IMG/VR virus record: IMGVR_UViG_3300033489_000057
Span: 1 to 24,035 of that record
Strand: one strand, 5' to 3'
Length of the DNA: 24,035 nt
Source of the DNA: a virus
Lineage: Duplodnaviria; Caudoviricetes
The position numbers were made by a program, and so were the translations under genes. Positions within the stretch are counted from its first letter, which is position 1. Each line of letters starts with the position of its first letter. A model generated the notes under the pieces. The model did not search any database. It was given only the letters and a program-made list of their open reading frames with translations, and was not told the DNA's origin. Of this stretch, positions 17,307 to 24,035 are shown in pieces.

Positions 17307-18305
17307 TTAAGCTAAACTAATTGTCTGCATCTGGTCAGTATCAGCGCATATACCGCCAAAATATGTCCAATATGCTTGTATAAACATCCATGTCAAAATA
17401 TCCTGCTGTGTCAACTGTGTTAATCCAAGTAATTCAGACCATTGATTTTTTCTGCCCGGCCATACTAAAATCGGAGCTAAAGAGTTAACAAAATATGTAT
17501 AAACTCTCTGAATAGGTCTTCGTGTAACTTCCGTACCGATATTCAACTGTGTAATCAATTCAGATGTTCTTGCTCTGAATATAGCTTCAATTCTTGATTC
17601 ATCATCCGGATTAGCGTAAAGTATAATCGGCGCTCTAGAGGCATTAGCGTCTTTTGTTCTCATTCTATTTCCGATAGATACTGTTCCTGCGTTAAGAGTT
17701 AAAATATCTCTTCTTGCCTCACCATCGCCAACTGCGCCCTGATAAGGCGTTACATTAACCGCTGCCGCCTGAATAAGTAAGTTATAGAAAATGCCAGACT
17801 TGCCGATTAGGTAAGCGTCTCTTGCCTCTGACAAAAGATCAAACATTGCAGCGATTTTTCTAAATCTTATAAACTCATCATAAATACCAATTGCTTCACC
17901 GTATTTATAAACATAAACCGTCTGCTTTGTACTATTAACTGATTTAAGTTCCAGCTTTTCACCTTCCGCTCTCTGTTGTAATACTATACCGGATGTGCCC
18001 GTATGTATTTCCCAGTTATCCGAGCCGTTTGCTACCGGAACTTTTTTAAATGCCATTTCCCATGCATTGTCATATTCAACCTTATCCATGATAAAATTAT
18101 ATGAATCTGTCGCTACCCTAGCTAAATTCGTTGAAGCCCCTACTGAATCCTGAGCCTGCATTTTTGCTTTAAAATTTATCGGTTCTTTTTCAAAAAAATT
18201 CTGAATTGCAAATTTAGCCTTTGTAGCTGCTTCTATTCTTTTCGGGTGATTAACTGGCAGATCAATTACGTCTAACAATCCTTGACAAAATTTTTCAATA
18301 TTCAT
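17307..18305 (-). CDS. Major capsid protein (HK97 fold presumed)
   Basis: 332 aa, after the scaffold and cement genes. RAEGEKL...YKYGEAIGIYDEFI resembles HK97-fold E-loop/backbone segments. Confidence 0.8.
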   Translation of the reverse strand: MNIEKFCQGLLDVIDLPVNHPKRIEAATKAKFAIQNFFEKEPINFKAKMQAQDSVGASTNLARVATDSYNFIMDKVEYDNAWEMAFKKVPVANGSDNWEIHTGTSGIVLQQRAEGEKLELKSVNSTKQTVYVYKYGEAIGIYDEFIRFRKIAAMFDLLSEARDAYLIGKSGIFYNLLIQAAAVNVTPYQGAVGDGEARRDILTLNAGTVSIGNRMRTKDANASRAPIILYANPDDESRIEAIFRARTSELITQLNIGTEVTRRPIQRVYTYFVNSLAPILVWPGRKNQWSELLGLTQLTQQDILTWMFIQAYWTYFGGICADTDQMQTISLA

Positions 18306-18316
18306 ATTCTACCCCC

Positions 18317-18703
18317 TTATAAGTTCCAGATTCTGCCGTCATAGTCAATATCGACTGTGGCGTCACTATCTGCCGCATCTCTTATACAATGTCCAATTAG
18401 AACATTGCCTGCTGCTACATTTGTTACAAATCCTGTAGCTGAAATAAGATATACTAATTCACCTGCTAAAATTTCAGTTCCTGTGCCGGTTGCTTTGTCG
18501 GCAATTGCTTGTTTGGTATCAGTCATCATGCAAAGCGAAACATCTTTTGTTTCCCATGATTTTACCGAACAGCAATAAATATCGTTAACTAATACTACGT
18601 TATTTTCACCGGCTAATTTAACAGGAGCTACCCAGTCGGAAGCATCCGTATCAAATGTCCATATTAAAAAATTGTAGTCATTATCCATATTCCTAATACC
18701 CAT
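18317..18703 (-). CDS. Capsid cement / decoration protein (DUF2190-like)
   Basis: 128 aa: GELVYL...VTNVAAGNVLIGHCIRDAADSDATVDI. Directly before the capsid gene. Confidence 0.7.
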   Translation of the reverse strand: MGIRNMDNDYNFLIWTFDTDASDWVAPVKLAGENNVVLVNDIYCCSVKSWETKDVSLCMMTDTKQAIADKATGTGTEILAGELVYLISATGFVTNVAAGNVLIGHCIRDAADSDATVDIDYDGRIWNL

Positions 18704-18712
18704 AATAACCTC

Positions 18713-19786
18713 CTATATCATATCGTTATTTTTTGGATCGCCATAATCAATTTTTTCTGTTTTCTTTTCAACATTACTCAAATCTATATTCTCATCCTTC
18801 GAATTAATCTTTTGATACAATTTATAGTCATCACGCCTTAATTGCAAAAAAATTTTTAATCCATCATCTGACGGATCGTTATTTCTGTTTATGCTTTCAT
18901 CTGCAAAAACAAATAATTTCTCTTCATCCGTTAGATTAATACTATCTTTTTTCAATATAGATTCAAGTCTATTTTTTTGAGTAAGTTTAAGGTTTTCTTT
19001 TTCAATCCCCTTTAATCGCTCAATCTCTTTTTCTTTTGCTGACTTCTCATCGTTTGCTATTTTAATATCTGCCTCATACTTTTCAAATATTTTAGCAAAT
19101 TCTCTATCCTTTTTGATTTCATCAAAAGAATAAAGTTGGCTGGCAAAAACATTTAATTCTGCTTTGCTTTTTTTTACATCTTCAAATGTCATAGGTTTCA
19201 CCTCTTTTTTTTCTTCTTCAAAACATTGTACCATTGCCAGGCGTTTTGCGCCCTCAAAAGCTGGTTTATTGTTTTGACTATTATCAAAAGCAATCGCTGT
19301 AATATCCTCACAGTCGACTGCATATAATTTACCGTCTTTTTCCTCAAAATTCCAGTCGCTTTCCTGACTGCATATATCAAACTCTTTTACTTCTTGTTTT
19401 ACGTTTTCAGGGTGGTATATAATAGCTATACTATTTAACTTACCATCTATTTCTTTTTCTACATGACCTACAATCTCTCCTAATTCTTTACGTCCGGTTA
19501 TCGAATTGTCTCTATTGTGTCCATGAAAACATTTAATGCCATTTTTTATTACTTTCCCTATGGACTTAATCGCATCTTTTGACCATTCTATTATTTTACC
19601 GCCGATACCCAAAAGTTTTGAATGACTGATTCCTTCATGAGCGATTGAATATGCCTGAAAAAATGGATGATGATCTTTTTGTAATATTTCATGTAACACA
19701 TTAGGTTGAATCCAATGTAAAACTTCACTTTCTGAAAAATTCTGTATTCTGGCTTGTAATAAAATAGATTCTTTAAATCTTTCCAT
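18713..19786 (-). CDS. Prohead protease / scaffolding protein
   Basis: 357 aa between portal and capsid genes. Globular N-domain (FHGH, CSQES, AIAF...PAFEGA) plus a charged coiled-coil C-terminal half. Confidence 0.65.
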   Translation of the reverse strand: MERFKESILLQARIQNFSESEVLHWIQPNVLHEILQKDHHPFFQAYSIAHEGISHSKLLGIGGKIIEWSKDAIKSIGKVIKNGIKCFHGHNRDNSITGRKELGEIVGHVEKEIDGKLNSIAIIYHPENVKQEVKEFDICSQESDWNFEEKDGKLYAVDCEDITAIAFDNSQNNKPAFEGAKRLAMVQCFEEEKKEVKPMTFEDVKKSKAELNVFASQLYSFDEIKKDREFAKIFEKYEADIKIANDEKSAKEKEIERLKGIEKENLKLTQKNRLESILKKDSINLTDEEKLFVFADESINRNNDPSDDGLKIFLQLRRDDYKLYQKINSKDENIDLSNVEKKTEKIDYGDPKNNDMI

Positions 19787-21134
19787 TATTTTTACCCTTT
19801 ATATTTTCATTTTCTTTATATTCATTATCATTTTCTTCTTGATTTTCTTCTGGATTATCCTCGATCATCTCTCTATTTTCATCAATGGCTTGTTTTTTTT
19901 CCGCTTGTACAAGTTCTTCTGTCTCCTGAGGGTTTATTCCAGGTATCTTGTTTCTAAACTGGCTCATTGCAATGGCACCTTGCATTTGTAATGGAAGCCA
20001 TGTTGTATTTAGTCTATCTATATATTCAAGACTTATATAGGGCAGTTCAACTTCAAAATCTTCATCAAAAGATTTCGGAGCATTACCAAATCCCTCATCA
20101 ATAGATAATTGCATTGCTTTTAGTATAATTTCTTTAATCGACTCAGCCCAAATTAATCGCTCTGCTTTAGTTCCTGCTTGTATAAGTTCATTAAGATCGT
20201 GACTTACTGCCCTGTTTGACATTAAGTCTGTCCATCCCAACCAATGAACAGGTATTCCTATTCTACTTGATATCACTTTTATATTCAATGCTATTTCACT
20301 TTCAAGAACCTGATAACTTGCGGGTGGTTGCGGATAATATAGCTTTCCTGTGCTACAAATAGTACTTCCAACCTGCCATTTAGTTTTTTCGACCATGTTA
20401 AAAGTCTGTTTAACACTTTCATTATCCGGACATTCAAAAGCAGGTGTTGGAAAACCAAAATGATGATTAGATTGCCTTAAATCATATAATGCCCTATCAA
20501 GATTTTTAATATTCTGTATTACACTTGCTGTTTTAGAAGGTGTATTATTAAAATCCTCTATGCTACCGCCGAGTTTTACATATATAAGCTTCCCTATAGG
20601 AAGAGCAGACTCCGTTCCATCTTTATTTTGAACTGTTATTTTAATAATCTTTTGCTTATCCTTATCGTCTGTTTTAATAAGGTATTTATAATCTTTATAA
20701 AGAATCTGTCGTAAATTAAAAGTTTCTTTTTCTCTGTTCGGCTCAATAGCTATTAATTGTCGACCTTCGAGCTCCCCATGTGTTACTAATTGTAATAATT
20801 TTGTTGAGTTTAATTTTGATGTTTTTAAAAACTCATTAATCCATTTAAGAGTACTTTTCCTTTTTGCTATTACTGATACGCCCTCGCCCGATATAAGCAC
20901 TGTTCTTAAATCAATGGCGGTCCCTGTAGTTTCACTGCCTAAAGTAGATTTTCCGTAATACATTAAATACAATTCATTAACCTGGTCATCATATGTAATG
21001 TAATTGTTATAATATCCTGCTTCATTAGAACTTAAAAAGGGCGTTTGAAGTATGTCTTTTTGACCTTCAAGAAATTGATTTTGTAATTGTGTTTTATACT
21101 TTTTATTTGAAATAATTTTTAATGGAAAATTCAT
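19773..21134 (-). CDS. Portal protein
   Basis: 453 aa after terL, with IGIPVHWLG and an acidic C-terminal tail. GGAGG RBS. Confidence 0.8.
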   Translation of the reverse strand: MNFPLKIISNKKYKTQLQNQFLEGQKDILQTPFLSSNEAGYYNNYITYDDQVNELYLMYYGKSTLGSETTGTAIDLRTVLISGEGVSVIAKRKSTLKWINEFLKTSKLNSTKLLQLVTHGELEGRQLIAIEPNREKETFNLRQILYKDYKYLIKTDDKDKQKIIKITVQNKDGTESALPIGKLIYVKLGGSIEDFNNTPSKTASVIQNIKNLDRALYDLRQSNHHFGFPTPAFECPDNESVKQTFNMVEKTKWQVGSTICSTGKLYYPQPPASYQVLESEIALNIKVISSRIGIPVHWLGWTDLMSNRAVSHDLNELIQAGTKAERLIWAESIKEIILKAMQLSIDEGFGNAPKSFDEDFEVELPYISLEYIDRLNTTWLPLQMQGAIAMSQFRNKIPGINPQETEELVQAEKKQAIDENREMIEDNPEENQEENDNEYKENENIKGKNNGKI

Positions 21135-21160
21135 GAAGTAAGCCTCCCCAAAGACTACTT

Positions 21161-21379
21161 TTATTTATTTAAATAAGCAAAATCTCTAAAATTTTCTATC
21201 GCCGCTTTATTTAAAATTATTCTATGCATAATATAAAGTTTTTTAGAATTATCATTTTTTTTATATCCTTTTACATAATTATTCCAATTATCTCTTATAA
21301 TATACCAGTTGTAATTTTTAATTAAATCATAATCTTCATCATCTATTAAAACATCATAACCAGATATTTTTAAAATCAT
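21161..21379 (-). pseudogene. Internally deleted HNH-AP2 homing endonuclease remnant (ORF intact, 72 aa)
   Basis: The N-terminus LIDDEDYDLIKNYNW...MHRIIL joins directly to the family's C-terminal NKAAIENFRDFAYLN. The DHIN..LDNR..NL nuclease core and the AP2 beta-sheet are absent. Confidence 0.75.
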
Positions 21380-21399
21380 ATTTTGTACTCTCTAAACTA

Positions 21400-21428
21400 C
21401 TTATAATATATTAAGTAATATATGTCAA
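21400..21428 (-). promoter_or_regulatory. Sigma70-type promoter for the HNH remnant / portal
   Basis: TTGACA (21428-21423), 17-nt spacer, TATAAG (21405-21400), in the gap between terL and the remnant. Confidence 0.6.
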
Positions 21429-21445
21429 GTTTTATTTTAACATTT

Positions 21446-22762
21446 TTAATATCGCTGTCCTAAATTAAAAAATGTATTCTCTGCATCATTTTCATAATAA
21501 CAAAGTAATAATGCGTCTGCAAAATCCGGACTTTTATAACCTCTTTTTTTATAATTCTCTTTTGGCTCTATACATTTACGCTCTTTGCTGTCATATTTAT
21601 ATTCTCTTGTAATAAGCTGGCTTTTAAGTTCTGGAATATTCATGAGTTGTATATCTCCAATCTTCTTTTTAAACTCAAACCACATTTCACTTATAGCATT
21701 ATTATATTTATCCGATTCTTTGGCTGATTGCCCAAAATTAACCGAAGTAGCTTTTTTAAACCCCTTTGACTGTAAAAAGTCTTTTATATATCCGCCTGCT
21801 ATGCCTGTCTCATCTATGTTAATTTTTACATTTACATCATTATTTATAAAGGTCGCTATTTCTCTTAATAACTCGTCTCCCTTAATAACCGGATACATTT
21901 TATAGTCAATCATTTTTAAACCTTTACGCTTAATAAAAATTATCTTGTCACCCCCCATTCTGGCAAGGTCAATACCCACTACAATTTGACCGTCATCGTT
22001 AATTTGACGCTCTATAGAGTCTTGTACTTCTCTTAATGAAAGTACCGTATAAGGACTAAAACCTAAAGGCTCACCCAAAACTATGTGTAAATAATCCTGA
22101 TTCTCTCCTCTGTCATATTGATCTTTTAGTCTTGCAATATCTTTTAACGCTTCATTTGACAAGAAAGGGTTATCAAAACAATTTATATTTATCTCTATTT
22201 TCTCGTTTTCTGGTATTGACTGTCTTAATAACTCAATAGGATCATCCGGAAAAAGTTTATTATAACTAAATATTAGTTTACTACCCGGTTTCCTTATTGT
22301 CGGTATAAGTATATCCAAACTATCTTTAGATACTGTTTGAGCCTCTTCAATCCAGCATATATCAATATCAGACATACTTTTAATAGTCTGCTTCTTACCT
22401 TGCTGTTGTAAACCCCTAAATATAAATTGACTTTTTGTTTTTTGATTTATTATATCTTTGTCAGTTATATTAAAATTAGTATAATCCAGATTATAAATTA
22501 ACCCTGTCAGATCGGCATATACCGATTCTACTATGCTATTTTGTATCTCCCTTGTACAAAGTATTCTTTTTTTCTTATTATTAGCTTCATTTAAAAGCCA
22601 TTTACATATACTTATTGACTTGCCACCCCATCGACCACCCCATATAAATACAAAATGAACATCATTGCTTAACACTTTCATTTTATTAGGCATTAAAAGA
22701 CGTTCTTTCAGTATAAGTAATTTTAAAAGCTCTTGTTTAACTTTCTTTTGGTTTGTCTGCAT
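21446..22762 (-). CDS. terL: Terminase large subunit (PBSX/SPP1-like ATPase domain)
   Basis: Walker A WGGRWGGKS, CTREIQNSI.ES, Walker B CWIEEAQ, LIPTIRKPGS, nuclease VGIDLARMGGD and SPDFADAL. Confidence 0.95.
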   Translation of the reverse strand: MQTNQKKVKQELLKLLILKERLLMPNKMKVLSNDVHFVFIWGGRWGGKSISICKWLLNEANNKKKRILCTREIQNSIVESVYADLTGLIYNLDYTNFNITDKDIINQKTKSQFIFRGLQQQGKKQTIKSMSDIDICWIEEAQTVSKDSLDILIPTIRKPGSKLIFSYNKLFPDDPIELLRQSIPENEKIEININCFDNPFLSNEALKDIARLKDQYDRGENQDYLHIVLGEPLGFSPYTVLSLREVQDSIERQINDDGQIVVGIDLARMGGDKIIFIKRKGLKMIDYKMYPVIKGDELLREIATFINNDVNVKINIDETGIAGGYIKDFLQSKGFKKATSVNFGQSAKESDKYNNAISEMWFEFKKKIGDIQLMNIPELKSQLITREYKYDSKERKCIEPKENYKKRGYKSPDFADALLLCYYENDAENTFFNLGQRY

Positions 22763-23054
22763 ATAATAATTTTATTTTCTCGCTTATCAAATCATCTATT
22801 TCGTTTTCAGGCATATTTTTTAAACTTTCACCTTTTGATGTTATATCAATTTTACTTGTCTTTTCTGATATTTCATCAATTGCCATTTTCCATGCAGCAG
22901 TATTTTTATCTTTTATCATCCCTTCAAAAATATCCCAGTGCTGATTGATTATATTTTTTATCCTGGTTTTTATTTTTGGTACTCTTTTATTCTCATTAGG
23001 CGGCTGATAATCTTTACTAAATTGTTTTCCATCTTTATATATATCGTTTCTCAT
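22737..23054 (-). CDS. terS: Terminase small subunit (putative)
   Basis: 105 aa overlapping the terL start. N-terminal GKQFSKDYQP and C-terminal KIDITSKGESL are typical of TerS. Confidence 0.65.
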   Translation of the reverse strand: MRNDIYKDGKQFSKDYQPPNENKRVPKIKTRIKNIINQHWDIFEGMIKDKNTAAWKMAIDEISEKTSKIDITSKGESLKNMPENEIDDLISEKIKLLYADKPKES

Positions 23055-23073
23055 AATCGTTTCATAATCGAAT

Positions 23074-23092
23074 TAGTTAACATTAAGTTAAC
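23074..23092. repeat. Dyad motif copy 1, TAGTTAACATTAAGTTAAC
   Basis: GTTAAC-N5-GTTAAC, 18/19 identical to 23340-23358. Intergenic, upstream of terS. Confidence 0.75.
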
Positions 23093-23098
23093 ACTTTT

Positions 23099-23299
23099 TT
23101 ATCTACCTAAATATTCTATAAATACTTTAAAAACCCCAGCCAAACTCAACAACTCTAACATTATTATTAAAGTTACTATTCCACTTAATATATCTAATAT
23201 GTTTTTTGTAATTTTATAATGTTTAATAATTCGCTGTATTTGTGTTACTGTAAAGACAACTGTTAAAAAGATACTTGCAAGCATTTTTAAATATATCAT
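23099..23299 (-). CDS. Small two-TM membrane protein (possible holin-like)
   Basis: 66 aa, two hydrophobic segments separated by a basic loop, AAGGA RBS. Function is not assignable. Confidence 0.55.
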   Translation of the reverse strand: MIYLKMLASIFLTVVFTVTQIQRIIKHYKITKNILDILSGIVTLIIMLELLSLAGVFKVFIEYLGR

Positions 23300-23308
23300 A
23301 CATTCCTT

Positions 23309-23331
23309 AAAAATCGGGCATATCGCCCGAT
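23309..23331 (-). terminator. Intrinsic terminator-like hairpin in the leader of the late operon
   Basis: Minus strand ATCGGGC-GATAT-GCCCGAT followed by TTTT: a GC-rich stem in a very AT-rich background. Confidence 0.65.
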
Positions 23332-23339
23332 CATTATTA

Positions 23340-23358
23340 TAGTTAACGTTAAGTTAAC
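23340..23358. repeat. Dyad motif copy 2, TAGTTAACGTTAAGTTAAC
   Basis: GTTAAC-N5-GTTAAC, forming a perfect 7-bp inverted repeat AGTTAAC/GTTAACT. Sits about 10 nt downstream of the predicted TSS. Confidence 0.75.
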
Positions 23359-23374
23359 TGCACTCTGTAATTAT

Positions 23375-23403
23375 ATTATATATCTATTTTTACATTATGT
23401 CAA
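23375..23403 (-). promoter_or_regulatory. Perfect consensus sigma70 promoter facing the packaging/structural operon
   Basis: TTGACA (23403-23398), 17-nt spacer, TATAAT (23380-23375), with an A-tract upstream. Confidence 0.8.
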
Positions 23404-23487
23404 ACATTTTTTATGTTTTATGCTATTGATCATATAACACTGATTATAAAAGATATACTCGTTTTACAAATAAATCAAGAAATATTA

Positions 23488-23766
23488 TTAAAAATTATAT
23501 GTACCATATAAAAATAATATATTTAAGGGTTTCTTTTTATACTTTTTTTCTAATTTAAATAACAAATCCGATACATTCTGTTTTTTAGAAATTACATAAT
23601 TTGCCATTATTTTATCAATAAACTTACTATTAAAAGAAGCAATTCTGATTTCTCTTATTTTTTCTTTTTTAAAATCTATGTTTCTCTTGCTCACATATAT
23701 AACTACAGGTTTTCTGTTTTTATTTTTCCCTGACTTAAAATTTTTCATATCATTCTTTTTCCTCAT
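23488..23766 (-). CDS. Hypothetical Lys-rich protein
   Basis: 92-aa ORF on the coding strand, strongly basic, no recognised motif. Confidence 0.4.
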   Translation of the reverse strand: MRKKNDMKNFKSGKNKNRKPVVIYVSKRNIDFKKEKIREIRIASFNSKFIDKIMANYVISKKQNVSDLLFKLEKKYKKKPLNILFLYGTYNF

Positions 23767-23825
23767 AACAACTTTTCTTTTTCAAAAATTAATCTTAATT
23801 CATATAAATCTTTTATTAACTTTTG

Positions 23826-23984
23826 TCAATTTAATTTATTCAATAAAATATCAATATTATTATCCATGTCTATTATTTTATTTTCAAGCCATTCTACATA
23901 ATCAATGTCTGGTTCTTCCTGACTGTTTATCCAATTTAAACCAGTTTCTTTTTCAAAATCTTTTCTTAAATCATCTTTTGTCAT
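23826..23984 (-). CDS. Small hypothetical phage protein (52 aa)
   Basis: Found by hand, below the track size cutoff. GAGG RBS, then MTKDDLRKDFEKETGLNWINSQEEPDIDYVEWLENKIIDMDNNIDILLNKLN. Confidence 0.7.
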   Translation of the reverse strand: MTKDDLRKDFEKETGLNWINSQEEPDIDYVEWLENKIIDMDNNIDILLNKLN

Positions 23985-24035
23985 AATAACCTCGCTATTA
24001 CGGTATTATTCCATGTACTATTCTGCACAGGTGAT

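Noticed and set aside
19198-19380. 60-aa minus-strand ORF inside the scaffold/protease gene
   Set aside because: Fully nested out of frame, with no recognisable motif or clear RBS.
23074-23358. GTTAAC dyad repeats as a mini-CRISPR array
   Set aside because: Only two 19-bp copies about 250 bp apart with a gene between them, and no cas genes.
23801-23829. TTGACA at 23829-23824 as a promoter for the 92-aa ORF
   Set aside because: The -10 at 17-nt spacing is TATATG, lacking the conserved final T. Too weak to call in such AT-rich DNA.
1858-23986. Plus-strand ORFs in the track (1858, 3265, 5820, 11709, 15900, 18357, 21585, 22733, 22753, 22938, 23678)
   Set aside because: All lie antisense to better-supported minus-strand genes and show no recognisable motifs. 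They are shadow ORFs.
23981-24035. 3' end of a gene entering from the right edge
   Set aside because: Two frames are plausible over only ~55 nt, so it cannot be assigned.
1-24035. Stop-codon reassignment, tRNA/rRNA genes, integrase or att sites
   Set aside because: Genes are full length and tightly packed in the standard code, with TAA, TAG and TGA all used as stops. There is no intergenic room for structural RNA genes apart from the short leader, and no integrase is seen.

Overview
This is a 24 kb, AT-rich segment of a tailed dsDNA phage or prophage (siphovirus-type, non-contractile tail). All credible genes are on the minus strand and form one late morphogenesis operon. Read from the right end, the order is: a consensus sigma70 promoter with a short terminated leader, terS, terL, a deleted HNH-AP2 remnant, portal, scaffold/protease, capsid cement, major capsid, head-tail adaptor and minor capsid. 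Next comes a ~7.8 kb glyco-modification block, then head closure, tail completion, tail terminator, major tail, frameshifting tail chaperones, tape measure, Dit, a Tal-like protein and a partial beta-helix tailspike. The main feature is the block at 8218-16012, which is translationally coupled into the virion genes on both sides. It encodes an apparently complete nonulosonic (sialic-type) acid pathway: a NeuB-family synthase, a HAD phosphatase, a NeuA-family CMP-transferase and a CstII/Maf-like transferase. It also has a second GT-B enzyme, a sulfotransferase, four SAM methyltransferases (three are paralogs), an HNH endonuclease and two membrane proteins, one a 23-aa microprotein missed by the ORF track. 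The best hypothesis is phage-directed sialylation/KDN-ylation, with O-methylation and sulfation, of the virion or the host surface. All protein calls come from motif recognition by eye and gene order; no database search was run. Host and lifestyle cannot be determined from this window.
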